This document shows positions 22,877 to 37,789 of a stretch of 64,000 nt of DNA, piece by piece. The DNA is from Macrostomum hystrix (taxonomy: Eukaryota > Animalia > Platyhelminthes). Location: contig CATNEN010000002.1 of the NCBI GenBank assembly GCA_950097015.1, positions 7,192,001-7,256,000 on the forward strand, in the 5' to 3' direction. Position 1 is the first letter of the stretch; every line of letters begins with the position of its first letter. The notes beneath the pieces were generated by a model, which worked only from the letters and a program-made list of their open reading frames with translations, had not been told where the DNA came from and did not search any database. A program made the translations under genes and the position numbers.

Positions 22877-23304
22877 TGTTGGTTAGTGGGTGCGGAATTC
22901 AGCCTTATAAAATGAATTCTCAAAGTTCTGGCTTTGTACAATGAAGTAAGAAAATAGAGTACACTCAGTTGTGTACATTTATTTCCAATTTGTCTCCAGA
23001 GTGCAGGCTTCAAATTCAATCAGCTAGGGGTTGTTGCGCAATTTGACGATGCAATTCTAATTCAGTGGCAGTGAGTTAAAATTCTCAATAGGCCAAGATG
23101 GTTTGACCTTTGACAAAATCATGTTTTTCGAATATTTAATCCCCTTAGCAATGGAGTTAAGCTTAATAAAAATACGTGTAAAATTCTGCCCATATTTCGC
23201 ATATTTTGGTGAAGAAATGGTGAATATCGGTTGAGCCGTTCGGGAGAAAATCAATTACAACCAAGTAAGTAAACAAGTAAACAGTTCATTTTTAGTATAT
23301 TAGA

Positions 23305-26300
23305 CTAGCAATTTAGGCCCCCCTTTGGGGACCTCAGCTTGAAGGCATTTTTACAATAATAAATCAGTATTTAGTAAGTCAATAGATATCAACTCTGAAC
23401 TAAGATATCTATTGATTCTGAGCTTAATTTTCTATCGATTTTGAGCCTAAATATCTATCAACACTGAGCCTAGATATCTACCCGTGCTGAGCCAAGATTT
23501 CTATCAATTCTGAGCTTAGAATTCTATCAATTCAGACCTTAGATTTCTATAAATTCTGAGCTTCAATATCTATCGATTCTAAGCTTAAATTTCTATAGAT
23601 TTTTTACCAATGAAGTTATCTAGATATCTATCAAATCTAAAGTACGATATCTATCCATTCTGAGCCTAGATATCTACCAGTGCTGAGCCGAGATATCAAT
23701 AAAAATTTTGAGCCTAGGAATCTATCAATTCTGAGCCTAGATAAATAACAATGCTGTGCCTAGTTATCTATAAATATTTTGAGCCTAGATAACTATCAAT
23801 GCTGAGCCTAAATTTTTATCGATTCTGATCCTTGGAATCTATCAATTCTGATCTTGGATATCAATCAATCCTGAGCCTAGGTAACTATCAATTCTGAGCC
23901 AAGATATCTATAAAAATGTTGAGCCTAAATATCTATCAATGCTGAGCCTAGATAACTATCAATGCTGTGCCTAGATAACTATCAATGCTGTGCCTAGATA
24001 ACTATCAATGCTGAGCCTAGATAACTATCAATGCTGAGCCTAGGTAACTATCAATGCTGAGCCTAGATAACTATCAATTCTGAGCCTAGGTAACTATCAA
24101 TGCTGAGCCTAGGTAACTATCAATGCTGAGCCTAGATAACTATCAATGCTGAGCCTAGGTAACTATCAATGCTGAGCCTAGATAACTATCAATGCTGAGC
24201 CAAGGTAACTATCAATGCTGAGCCTAGGTAACTATCAATGCTGAGCCGAGATAACTATCAATGCTGAGCCGAGATAACTATCAATGCTGAGCCGAGATAA
24301 CTATCAATGCCGTGCCTAGATAACTATCAATGCTGAGCCTAGATAACTATCAATGCTGAGCTTAGTTATCTACAAAAATGTTGAGCCTAGATAACTTTCA
24401 ATGCTGAGCCGAGATAACTATCAATGCTGAGCCTAGATAACTATCAATGCTGAGCCTAGATAACTATCAATGCTGAGCCTAGATAACTATCAATGCTGAG
24501 CCTAGATAACAATCAATGCTGAGCCTAGATAACTATCAATTCTGAGCCTAGATAACTATCAATGCTGAGCCAAGATAACTATCAATGCTGAGCCTAGATA
24601 ACTATCAATGCCATGCCTAGATAACTATCAAAGCTGAGCCGAGATAACTGTCAATGCTGAGCCTAGATAACTATCAATGCTGAGCCTAGATAACTATCAA
24701 TGCTGAGCCTAGATAACTATCAATGCCGTGCCTAGATAACTATCAATGCTGAGCTTAGTTATCTACAAAAATGTTGAGCCTAGATAACTTTCAATGCTGA
24801 GCCGAGATAACTATCAATGCTGAGCCTAGATAACTATCAATTCTGAGCCTAGATAACTATCAATGCCGTGCCTAGATGACTATCAAAGCTGAGCCGAGAT
24901 AACTATCAAAGCTGAGCCTAGATAACTATCAATGCTGAGCCTAGATAACTATCAATGCTGAGCCTAGATAACTATCAATGCTGAGCCTAGATAACTATCA
25001 AATCTGAGCCTAGATAACTATCAATGCCGTGCCTAGATAACTATCAAAGCTGAGCCGAGATAACTATCAAAGCTGAGCCTAGATAACTATCAATGCTGAG
25101 CCTAGATAACTATCAATGCTGAGCCTAGATAACTATCAATGCTGAGCCTAGATAACTATCAATGCTGAGCCTAGATAACTATCAAAGCTGAGCCTAGATA
25201 ACTATCAATGCTGAGCCTAGAAATCTATAAGAATGTTGAGCCTAGATAACTATCAATGCTGAGCCTAGATAACTATCAATGCTGAGCCTAGATAACTATC
25301 AATGCTGAGCCTAGATAACTATCAAAGCTGAGCCTAGATAACTATCAATTCTGAGCCTAGATAACTATCAATGCCGTGCCTAGATAACTATCAATGCCGT
25401 GCCTAGATAACTATCAAAGCTGAGCCTAGATAACTATCAATGCTGAGCCTAGATAACTATCAATGCTGAGCCTAGATAACTATCAATGCTGAGCCTAGAT
25501 AACTATCAAAGCTGAGCCTAGATAACTATCAATGCTGAGCCTAGATAACTATCAATGCTGAGCCTAGATAACTATCAATGCTGAGCCTAGATAACTATCA
25601 ATGCTGAGCCGAGATAACTATCAATGCCGTGCCTAGATAACTATCAATGCTGAGCCTAGATAACTATCAATGCTGATCCTAGATAACTATCAATGCTGAG
25701 CCTAGATAACTATCAATGCTGAGCCTAGATAACTATCAATTCTGAGCCTAGATAACTATCAATGCTGAGCCTAGATAACTATCAATGCTGAGCCTAGATA
25801 ACTATCAATGCCGTGCCTAGATAACTATCAAAGCTGAGCCGAGATAACTGTCAATGCTGAGCCTAGATAACTATCAATGCTGAGCCTAGATAACTATCAA
25901 TGCTGAGCCTAGATAACTATCAATGCTGAGCCTAGATAACTATCAATGCTGAGCCTAGATAACAATCAATGCTGAGCCTAGATAACTATCAATTCTGAGC
26001 CTAGATAACTATCAATGCTGAGCCAAGATAACTATCAATACTGAGCCTAGATAACTATCAATGCCATGCCTAGATAACTATCAAAGCTGAGCCGAGATAA
26101 CTGTCAATGCTGAGCCTAGATAACTATCAATGCTGAGCCTAGATAACTATCAATGCTGAGCCTAGATAACTATCAATGCCGTGCCTAGATAACTATCAAT
26201 GCTGAGCTTAGTTATCTACAAAAATGTTGAGCCTAGATAACTTTCAATGCTGAGCCGAGATAACTATCAATGCTGAGCCTAGATAACTATCAATTCTGAG

Positions 26301-29300
26301 CCTAGATAACTATCAATGCCGTGCCTAGATGACTATCAAAGCTGAGCCGAGATAACTATCAAAGCTGAGCCTAGATAACTATCAATGCTGAGCCTAGATA
26401 ACTATCAATGCTGAGCCTAGATAACTATCAATGCTGAGCCTAGATAACTATCAAATCTGAGCCTAGATAACTATCAATGCCGTGCCTAGATAACTATCAA
26501 AGCTGAGCCGAGATAACTATCAAAGCTGAGCCTAGATAACTATCAATGCTGAGCCTAGATAACTATCAATGCTGAGCCTAGATAACTATCAATGCTGAGC
26601 CTAGATAACTATCAATGCTGAGCCTAGATAACTATCAAAGCTGAGCCTAGATAACTATCAATTCTGAGCCTAGATAACTATCAATGCCGTGCCTAGATAA
26701 CTATCAATGCCGTGCCTAGATAACTATCAATGCCGTGCCTAGATAACTATCAAAGCTGAGCCTAGATAACTATCAATGCTGAGCCTAGATAACTATCAAT
26801 GCTGAGCCTAGAAATCTATAAGAATGTTGAGCCTAGATAACTATCAATGCTGAGCCTAGATAACTATCAATGCTGAGCCTAGATAACTATCAATGCTGAG
26901 CCTAGATAACTATCAAAGCTGAGCCTAGATAACTATCAATTCTGAGCCTAGATAACTATCAATGCCGTGCCTAGATAACTATCAATGCCGTGCCTAGATA
27001 ACTATCAAAGCTGAGCCTAGATAACTATCAATGCTGAGCCTAGATAACTATCAATGCTGAGCCTAGATAACTATCAATGCTGAGCCTAGATAACTATCAA
27101 AGCTGAGCCTAGATAACTATCAATGCTGAGCCTAGATAACTATCAATGCTGAGCCTAGATAACTATCAATGCTGAGCCTAGATAACTATCAATGCTGAGC
27201 CGAGATAACTATCAATGCCGTGCCTAGATAACTATCAATGCTGAGCCTAGATAACTATCAATGCTGATCCTAGATAACTATCAATGCTGAGCCTAGATAA
27301 CTATCAATGCTGAGCCTAGATAACTATCAATTCTGAGCCTAGATAACTATCAATGCTGAGCCTAGATAACTATCAATGCTGAGCCTAGATAACTATCAAT
27401 GCCGTGCCTAGATAACTATCAAAGCTGAGCCGAGATAACTGTCAATGCTGAGCCTAGATAACTATCAATGCTGAGCCTAGATAACTATCAATGCTGAGCC
27501 TAGATAACTATCAATGCTGAGCCTAGATAACTATCAAAGCTGAGCCTAGATAACTATCAAAGCTGAGCCTAGATAACTATCAATGCTGAGCCTGGATAAC
27601 TATCAATGCTGAGCCTAGATAACTATCAATGCTGAGCCTAGATAACTATCAATGCTGAGCCTAGATAACTATCAATGCTGAGCCTAGATAACTATCAATG
27701 CTGAGCCTAGATAACTATCAATGCTGAGCCTAGATAACTATCAATGCTGTGTCTAGATAACTATCGATGCTGTGCCTAGATAACTATCAATGCTGAGCCT
27801 AGATAACTATCAATTCTGAGCCTAGATAACTATCAATGCTGAGCCTAGATAACTATCAATGCTGAGCCTAGATAACTATCAATGCCGTGCCTAGATAACT
27901 ATCAAAGCTGAGCCGAGATAACTGTCAATGCTGAGCCTAGATAACTATCAATGCTGAGCCTAGATAACTATCAATGCTGAGCCTAGATAACTATCAAAGC
28001 TGAGCCTAGATAACTATCAATGCTGAGCCTAGATAACTATCAATGCTGAGCCTAGATAACTATCAATGCTGAGCCTAGATAACTATCAATGCTGAGCCGA
28101 GATAACTATCAATGCTGAGCCTAGATAACTATCAATGCTGAGCCTAGGTAACTATCAATGCTGAGCCTAGATAACTATCAATTCTGAGCCTAGGTAACTA
28201 TCAATGCTGAGCCTAGGTAACTATCAATGCTGAGCCTAGATAACTATCAATGCTGAGCCTAGGTAACTATCAATGCTGAGCCTAGATAACTATCAATGCT
28301 GAGCCTAGGTAACTATCAATGCTGAGCCTAGGTAACTATCAATGCTGAGCCGAGATAACTATCAATGCTGAGCCGAGATAACTATCAATGCTGAGCCGAG
28401 ATAACTATCAATGCCGTGCCTAGATAACTATCAATGCTGAGCCTAGATAACTATCAATGCTGAGCTTAGTTATCTACAAAAATGTTGAGCCTAGATAACT
28501 TTCAATGCTGAGCCGAGATAACTATCAATGCTGAGCCTAGATAACTATCAATGCTGAGCCTAGATAACTATCAATGCTGAGCCTAGATAACTATCAATGC
28601 TGAGCCTAGATAACTATCAATGCTGAGCCTAGGTAACTATCAATGCTGAGCCTAGATAACTATCAATTCTGAGCCTAGGTAACTATCAATGCTGAGCCTA
28701 GATAACTATCAATGCTGAGCCTAGATAACTATCAATGCTGAGCCTAGATAACTATCAATGCTGAGCCTAGATAACTATCAATTCTGAGCCTAGATAACTA
28801 TCAATGCTGAGCCTAGATAACTATCAATGCTGAGCCTAGATAACTATCAATGCCGTGCCTAGATAACTATCAAAGCTGAGCCGAGATAACTGTCAATGCT
28901 GAGCCTAGATAACTATCAATGCTGAGCCTAGATAACTATCAATGCTGAGCCTAGATAACTATCAATGCTGAGCCTAGATAACTATCAAAGCTGAGCCTAG
29001 ATAACTATCAAAGCTGAGCCTAGATAACTATCAATGCTGAGCCTGGATAACTATCAATGCTGAGCCTAGATAACTATCAATGCTGAGCCTAGATAACTAT
29101 CAATGCTGAGCCTAGATAACTATCAATGCTGAGCCTAGATAACTATCAATGCTGAGCCTAGATAACTATCAATGCTGAGCCTAGATAACTATCAATGCTG
29201 TGTCTAGATAACTATCGATGCTGTGCCTAGATAACTATCAATGCTGAGCCTAGATAACTATCAATTCTGAGCCTAGATAACTATCAATGCTGAGCCTAGA

Positions 29301-32300
29301 TAACTATCAATGCTGAGCCTAGATAACTATCAATGCCGTGCCTAGATAACTATCAAAGCTGAGCCGAGATAACTGTCAATGCTGAGCCTAGATAACTATC
29401 AATGCTGAGCCTAGATAACTATCAATGCTGAGCCTAGATAACTATCAAAGCTGAGCCTAGATAACTATCAATGCTGAGCCTAGATAACTATCAATGCTGA
29501 GCCTAGATAACTATCAATGCTGAGCCTAGATAACTATCAATGCTGAGCCGAGATAACTATCAATGCTGAGCCTAGATAACTATCAATGCTGAGCCTAGGT
29601 AACTATCAATGCTGAGCCTAGATAACTATCAATTCTGAGCCTAGGTAACTATCAATGCTGAGCCTAGGTAACTATCAATGCTGAGCCTAGATAACTATCA
29701 ATGCTGAGCCTAGGTAACTATCAATGCTGAGCCTAGATAACTATCAATGCTGAGCCTAGGTAACTATCAATGCTGAGCCTAGGTAACTATCAATGCTGAG
29801 CCGAGATAACTATCAATGCTGAGCCGAGATAACTATCAATGCTGAGCCGAGATAACTATCAATGCCGTGCCTAGATAACTATCAATGCTGAGCCTAGATA
29901 ACTATCAATGCTGAGCTTAGTTATCTACAAAAATGTTGAGCCTAGATAACTTTCAATGCTGAGCCGAGATAACTATCAATGCTGAGCCTAGATAACTATC
30001 AATGCTGAGCCTAGATAACTATCAATGCTGAGCCTAGATAACTATCAATGCTGAGCCTAGATAACTATCAATGCTGAGCCTAGGTAACTATCAATGCTGA
30101 GCCTAGATAACTATCAATTCTGAGCCTAGGTAACTATCAATGCTGAGCCTAGGTAACTATCAATGCTGAGCCTAGATAACTATCAATGCTGAGCCTAGGT
30201 AACTATCAATGCTGAGCCTAGATAACTATCAATGCTGAGCCTAGGTAACTATCAATGCTGAGCCTAGGTAACTATCAATGCTGAGCCGAGATAACTATCA
30301 ATGCTGAGCCGAGATAACTATCAATGCTGAGCCGAGATAACTATCAATGCCGTGCCTAGATAACTATCAATGCTGAGCCTAGATAACTATCAATGCTGAG
30401 CTTAGTTATCTACAAAAATGTTGAGCCTAGATAACTTTCAATGCTGAGCCGAGATAACTATCAATGCTGAGCCTAGATAACTATCAATGCTGAGCCTAGA
30501 TAACTATCAATGCTGAGCCTAGATAACTATCAATGCTGAGCCTAGATAACAATCAATGCTGAGCCTAGATAACTATCAATTCTGAGCCTAGATAACTATC
30601 AATGCTGAGCCAAGATAACTATCAATACTGAGCCTAGACAACTATCAATGCCATGCCTAGATAACTATCAAAGCTGAGCCGAGATAACTGTCAATGCTGA
30701 GCCTAGATAACTATCAATGCTGAGCCTAGATAACTATCAATGCTGAGCCTAGATAACTATCAATGCCGTGCCTAGATAACTATCAATGCTGAGCTTAGTT
30801 ATCTACAAAAATGTTGAGCCTAGATAACTTTCAATGCTGAGCCGAGATAACTATCAATGCTGAGCCTAGATAACTATCAATTCTGAGCCTAGATAACTAT
30901 CAATGCCGTGCCTAGATGACTATCAAAGCTGAGCCGAGATAACTATCAAAGCTGAGCCTAGATAACTATCAATGCTGAGCCTAGATAACTATCAATGCTG
31001 AGCCTAGATAACTATCAATGCTGAGCCTAGATAACTATCAAATCTGAGCCTAGATAACTATCAATGCCGTGCCTAGATAACTATCAAAGCTGAGCCGAGA
31101 TAACTATCAAAGCTGAGCCTAGATAACTATCAATGCTGAGCCTAGATAACTATCAATGCTGAGCCTAGATAACTATCAATGCTGAGCCTAGATAACTATC
31201 AATGCTGAGCCTAGATAACTATCAAAGCTGAGCCTAGATAACTATCAATGCTGAGCCTAGAAATCTATAAGAATGTTGAGCCTAGATAACTATCAATGCT
31301 GAGCCTAGATAACTATCAATGCTGAGCCTAGATAACTATCAATGCTGAGCCTAGATAACTATCAAAGCTGAGCCTAGATAACTATCAATTCTGAGCCTAG
31401 ATAACTATCAATGCCGTGCCTAGATAACTATCAATGCCGTGCCTAGATAACTATCAAAGCTGAGCCTAGATAACTATCAATGCTGAGCCTAGATAACTAT
31501 CAATGCTGAGCCTAGATAACTATCAATGCTGAGCCTAGATAACTATCAAAGCTGAGCCTAGATAACTATCAATGCTGAGCCTAGATAACTATCAATGCTG
31601 AGCCTAGATAACTATCAATGCTGAGCCTAGATAACTATCAATGCTGAGCCGAGATAACTATCAATGCCGTGCCTAGATAACTATCAATGCTGAGCCTAGA
31701 TAACTATCAATGCTGATCCTAGATAACTATCAATGCTGAGCCTAGATAACTATCAATGCTGAGCCTAGATAACTATCAATTCTGAGCCTAGATAACTATC
31801 AATGCTGAGCCTAGATAACTATCAATGCTGAGCCTAGATAACTATCAATGCCGTGCCTAGATAACTATCAAAGCTGAGCCGAGATAACTGTCAATGCTGA
31901 GCCTAGATAACTATCAATGCTGAGCCTAGATAACTATCAATGCTGAGCCTAGATAACTATCAATGCTGAGCCTAGATAACTATCAAAGCTGAGCCTAGAT
32001 AACTATCAAAGCTGAGCCTAGATAACTATCAATGCTGAGCCTGGATAACTATCAATGCTGAGCCTAGATAACTATCAATGCTGAGCCTAGATAACTATCA
32101 ATGCTGAGCCTAGATAACTATCAATGCTGAGCCTAGATAACTATCAATGCTGAGCCTAGATAACTATCAATGCTGAGCCTAGATAACTATCAATGCTGTG
32201 CCTAGATAACTATCGATGCTGTGCCTAGATAACTATCAATGCTGAGCCTAGATAACTATCAATTCTGAGCCTAGATAACTATCAATGCTGAGCCTAGATA

Positions 32301-34163
32301 ACTATCAATGCTGAGCCTAGATAACTATCAATGCCGTGCCTAGATAACTATCAAAGCTGAGCCGAGATAACTGTCAATGCTGAGCCTAGATAACTATCAA
32401 TGCTGAGCCTAGATAACTATCAATGCTGAGCCTAGATAACTATCAAAGCTGAGCCTAGATAACTATCAATGCTGAGCCTAGATAACTATCAATGCTGAGC
32501 CTAGATAACTATCAATGCTGAGCCTAGATAACTATCAATGCTGAGCCGAGATAACTATCAATGCCGTGCCTAGATAACTATCAATGCTGAGCCTAGATAA
32601 CTATCAATGCTGATCCTAGATAACTATCAATGCTGAGCCTAGATAACTATCAATGCTGAGCCTAGATAACTATCAATTCTGAGCCTAGATAACTATCAAT
32701 GCTGAGCCTAGATAACTATCAATGCTGAGCCTAGATAACTATCAATGCCGTGCCTAGATAACTATCAAAGCTGAGCCGAGATAACTGTCAATGCTGAGCC
32801 TAGATAACTATCAATGCTGAGCCTAGATAACTATCAATGCTGAGCCTAGATAACTATCAATGCTGAGCCTAGATAACTATCAAAGCTGAGCCTAGATAAC
32901 TATCAAAGCTGAGCCTAGATAACTATCAATGCTGAGCCTGGATAACTATCAATGCTGAGCCTAGATAACTATCAATGCTGAGCCTAGATAACTATCAATG
33001 CTGTGCCTAGATAACTATCGATGCTGTGCCTAGATATCTATAAAAATGTTGAGCCTAGATAACTATCAACGCTGAGCCTAGATAACTATCGATGCTGTGC
33101 CTAGATATCTATAAAAATGTTGAGCCTAGATAACTATCGATGCTGTGCCTAGATATCTATAAAAATGTTGAGCCTAGATAACTATCGATGCTGTGCCTAG
33201 ATCTCTATAAAAATGTTGAGCCTAGATAACTATCAACGCTGAGCCTAGATAACTATCGATGCTGTGCCTAGATATCTATAAAAATGTTGAGCCTAGATAA
33301 CTATCGATGCTGTGCCTAGATCTCTATAAAAATGTTGAGCCTAGATAACTATCAACGCTGAGCCTAGATAACTATCGATGCTGTGCCTAGATATCTATAA
33401 AAATGTTGAGCCTAGATAACTATCGATGCTGTGCCTAGATCTCTATAAAAATGTTGAGCCTAGTAATCTATAAGAATGTTGAGCCTAGATATGGATCGAT
33501 TCTGAGCCTAGGAATCTATTAATTCTAAGCCTAGATATCTATCAATGCTTTTGCAAGTAAGTAAGCAAGTAAGCAAGTAAGTAAGCAAGTATAATCAAGA
33601 AATGCTACTTGCTGCCAAGAAAGGCCGATCACTTGAATCAATTCAGTTCTCAGCTGTTGCCTTTGGAGTATGCTGTGATGTGAAGGAATCTGCTATAATT
33701 GAAATCTGCTATATCTGCAAAATGAGTTTGAATAAAACTCAATAAATAAAAATAAAAAAATATCTCAGTGCCGAACAGATAACAGAAGCCAGCTCAGCCT
33801 GTGCACATTGGGCAGTAATTATCTCGCCAGTGGGGTTGACACAGCTATGCACATTTGGGTGAGAAATTCCTTATCAGTACGCTCGCCTAACAAAACTGGC
33901 TCTGATGCAATCATTAAAATTGGCACTGGAGCCTCACTGCGCACAAGCTGAAAACAAGAATGCATTAGAAAAGCCTATTTAAAACAGTTTTTCGAATATT
34001 TAATCCCCTTGGCAATGAAATTAAGCTTAATAAAAATACGTGTACCGATTCCGGCCCATTTGTGATCTTTTGGCGAAGGTATTGCGAAAATCGGTTGAGC
34101 CGTTCGAGAGCTAGTCGATTGCAAACATACAAGCAAGATTTTCATTTTTAGTATATTAGAAGA
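23305..34163 (-). mobile_element. Chimeric Helitron-like element C (A-type 5' part, captured segment, 23-bp satellite II, own 3' terminator)
   Basis: 3' end GGTCCCC-AAA-GGGGGCC + TAAATTG + CTAG at 23305-23332; partial A unit at about 33868-34163 lacks its own hairpin/CTAG; 5' boundary is inferred. Confidence 0.65.
23380..33548. repeat. 23-bp satellite II (GAGCCTAGATAACTATCAATGCT)n, ~10 kb, homogeneous core with degenerate edges
   Basis: Directly visible; 25-bp variant monomers mark higher-order periods. Confidence 0.97.
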
Positions 34164-36080
34164 CTAGCTGCCTTCGCTACCCTCTGGGTAGCCTCCCTGT
34201 GAGTTCTTATCAGTACGTCAGTACGCGCGTGCGTTATCAAAACTGGCTCTGATGCAATCATTAAAATTGGCACTGGAGGCCTCACTGTGCACAAGCTGAA
34301 AACAAGAATGCATTAGAAAAGCCTATTTAAAACTGTTTTTCGAATATTTAATCCCCTTGCCAATGGAATTAAGCTTAATAAAATTACGTGTACCGATTCC
34401 GGCCCATTTGTGATCTTTTGGCGAAGGAATTGCGAAAATCGGTTGAGCCGTTCGGGAGCTAGTCGATTGCAAACATACAAACATACAAACATACAAGATT
34501 TTCATTTTTAGTATATTAACTAGCTGCCTTCGCTACCCTCTGGGTAGCCTCCCTTGAGTTCTTATCAGTGCCTTATCAAAATTGGCTCTGATGCAATCAT
34601 TAAAATTGGCACTGGAGCCTCACTGTGCACAAGCTGAAAACAAGAATGCATTAGAAAAGCCTATTTAAAACAGTTTTTCGAATATTTAATCCCCTTGGCA
34701 ATGAAATTAAGCTTAATAAAAATACGTGTACCGATTCCGGCCCATTTGTGATCTTTTGGCGAAGGAATTTTGAAAATCGGTTGAGCCGTTCGGGAGCTAG
34801 TCGATTGCAAACATACAAACATACAAGATTTTCATTTTTAGTATATTAGACTAGCTGCCTTCGCTACCCTCTGGGTAGCCTGCCTGTGAGTTCTTATCAG
34901 TACGCGTGCGTTATCAAAACTGCAGGCTCTGATGCAATCATTAAATTTGTCACTGGAGGCCTCACTGTGCACAAGCTGAAAACAAGAATGCATTAGAAAA
35001 GCCTATTTAAAACTGTTTTTCGAATATTTAATCCCCTTGGCAATGAAATTAAGCTTAATAAAATTACGTGTACCGATTCCGGCCCAATTGTGATCTTTTG
35101 GCGAAGGAATTGTGAAAATCGGTTGAGCCGTTCGGGAGCTAGTCGATTGCAAACATACAAGCAAGCAAGCAAGATTTTCATTTTTAGTATATAAGAAAGA
35201 AGACTAGCTGCCTTCGCTACCCTCTGGGTAGCCTCCCTGTGAGTTCTTATCAGTACGCGCGTGCGTTATCAAAACTGGCTCTGATGCAATCATTAAAATT
35301 GGCACTGGAGGCCTCACTGTGCACAAGCTGAAAACAAGAATGCATTAGAAAAGCCTATTTAAAGCAGTTTTTCGAATATTTAATCCCCTTGGCAATGAAA
35401 TTAAGCTTAATAAAATTACGTGTACCGATTCGGGCCCATTTGTGATCTTTTGGCGAAGGAATTTTGAAAATCGGTTGAGCCGTTCGGGAGCTAGTCGATT
35501 GCAAACATACAAGCAAGCAAGCAAGCAAGATTTTCATTTTTAGTATATTAGACTAGCTGCCTTCGCTACCCTCTGGGTAGCCTCCCTTGAGTTCTTATCA
35601 GTGCCTTATCAAAACTGGCTCTGATGCAATCATTAAAATTGGCACTGGAGCCTCACTGTGCACAAGCTGAAAACAAGAATGCATTAGTTTAGTATATTAC
35701 TAGCTGCCTTCGCTACCCTCTGGGTAGCCTCCCTTGAGTTCTTATCAGTGCCTTATCAAAACTGGCTCTGATGCAATCATTAAAATTGGCACTGGAGCCT
35801 CACTGTGCACAAGCTGAAAACAAGAATGCATTAGAAAAGCCTATTTAAAACAGTTTTTCGAATATTTAATCCCCTTGGCAATGGAATTAAGCTTAATAAA
35901 AATACGTGTACCGATTCCGGCCCATTTGTGATCTTTTGGTGAAGGAATTGTGAAAATCGGTTGAGCCGTTCGGGAGCTAGTCGATTGCAAACAAGCAAGC
36001 AAGCAAGCAAGCAAGCAAGATTTTCATTTTTAGTATATTAGAAAGCAAGCAAGCAAGATTTTCATTTTTAGTATATTAGA
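34164..36080 (-). mobile_element. Tandem Helitron A units (six, one internally deleted at 35553-35699)
   Basis: CTAG junctions at 34164, 34520, 34851, 35204, 35553, 35700. Confidence 0.85.
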
Positions 36081-36171
36081 CTAGCAAGTTTTGCCCCCCT
36101 TCGGGGAGCAGAAATACTTTCAATTCGTCTAGTATATACTTTTTAGCAGCTGAATTTACAGCTTTTTAAAG

Positions 36172-37772
36172 CTACAATGAACCCCCAGTTGACAATGATC
36201 CCCCAGTTGACAATGATCCCCCAGTTGACAATGAACCCCCAGTTGACAATGAACCCCCAGTTGACAACGATCCCACAGTTGACAATGATCCCCCATTTGA
36301 CAATGATCCCCCAGTTGACAATGATCCCACAGTTAACAATGATCCCCCAGTTGACAAAGATCCCCCAGTTCACAATGATCACCCAGTTGATGATGATCCC
36401 CCAGTTGATGATGATCCCCCAGTTGACAATGAACCCCCAGTTGACAATGAACCCCCAGTTGACAACGATCCCACAGTTGACAATGATCCCCCATTTGACA
36501 ATGATCCCCCAGTTGACAATGATCCCACAGTTGACAATGATCCCCCAGTTGACAAAGATCCCCCAGTTCACAATGATCACCCAGTTGATGATGATCCCCC
36601 AGTTGATGATGATCCCCCAGTTGAAAATGATCCCCCAGTTGACAATGATCCCCCAGTTGACAATGATCCCCCAGTTGACAATGATCCCCCAGTTAACAAA
36701 GATCCCCCAGTTCACAATGATCCCCCAGTTGATGAAGTCTCCCCATTGATGATGATCCCCAGTTAACAATGTTCCTCCATTTGACAATGTTCGCCCAGTT
36801 GACAATGATCCCCCAGTTGATGATGATCACCCAGTTGACAATAATCCCCCAGTTAATGATGATGCCCCAGTTGACAATGAACCCCCAGTTGACAATGAAC
36901 CCCCAGTTGACAACGATCCCACAGTTGACAATGATCCCCCATTTGACAATGATCCCCCAGTTGACAATGATCCCACAGTTGACAATGATCCCCCAGTTGA
37001 CAAAGATCCCCCAGTTCACAATGATCACCCAGTTGATGATGATCCCCCAGTTGATGATGATCCCCCAGTTGAAAATGATCCCCCAGTTGACAATGATCCC
37101 CCATTTGACAATGATCCCCCAGTTGACAATGATCCCCCAGTTAACAAAGATCCCCCAGTTCACAATGATCCCCCAGTTGATGAAGTCTCCCCATTGATGA
37201 TGATCCCCAGTTAACAATGTTCCTCCATTTGACAATGTTCCCCCAGTTAACAATGATCCCCCAGTTGATGATGATCACCCAGTTGACAATGATCCCCCAG
37301 TTGACAATGATCCCCCAGTTGACAATGATCCCCCAGTTGAAAATGATCCCCCAGTTGACAATGATCCCCCAGTTAATGATGATCCCCCAGTTGAAAATGA
37401 TCCCCCAGTTGACAATGATCCCCCAGTTGAGAATGATCCCCCAGTTGACAATGATCCCCCAGTTAACAAAGATCCCCCAGTTCACAATGATCCCCCAGTT
37501 GATGAAGTCTCCCCATTGATGATGATCCCTAGTTAACAATGTTCCTCCAGTTGACAATGTTCCCCCAGTTGACAATGATCCCCCAGTTGATGATGATCCC
37601 CCAGTTGACAATGATCCCCCATTTGACAATGATCCCCCAGTTGACAATGATCCCCCAGTTGACAATGATCCCCCGGTTGACATTGATCCCCCAGTCGACA
37701 ATTATCCCCCAGTTTACCATGATCCCCCAGTTCACCATGATCCCCATTTTGATGATGACTCCCCAGTTGACG
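36172..37772. repeat. 18-bp minisatellite block of B2
   Basis: Same monomer as 900-1770, longer array. Confidence 0.96.
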
Positions 37773-37789
37773 TTGATTTTTCAAGCAGG

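Larger units (their letters stand above)
806..23304 (-). mobile_element. Large non-autonomous Helitron-like element B1 with satellite cargo and nested CACTA element
   Basis: 3' end (minus) GCTCCCC-GAA-GGGGGGC hairpin + AAAACATG + CTAG at 806-834; 5' ~190 bp (about 23115-23304) homologous to the A-unit 5' half and starting TCTAATATAC; no Rep/helicase ORF. Confidence 0.8.

Noticed and set aside
23380-33548. CRISPR-like arrays (23-mers, also the 28-mer at 49599)
   Set aside because: Monomers are contiguous with no unique spacers, there are no cas genes, and the context is eukaryotic
1785-33548. Common ancestry of 23-bp satellites I and II
   Set aside because: Best hand alignment gives only 10-11 of 23 matches after choosing phase and strand, which is not distinguishable from chance
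33602-33745. 47-codon ORF MLLAAKKGRS... in the captured segment
   Set aside because: Short, no recognisable motif, no clear splice context
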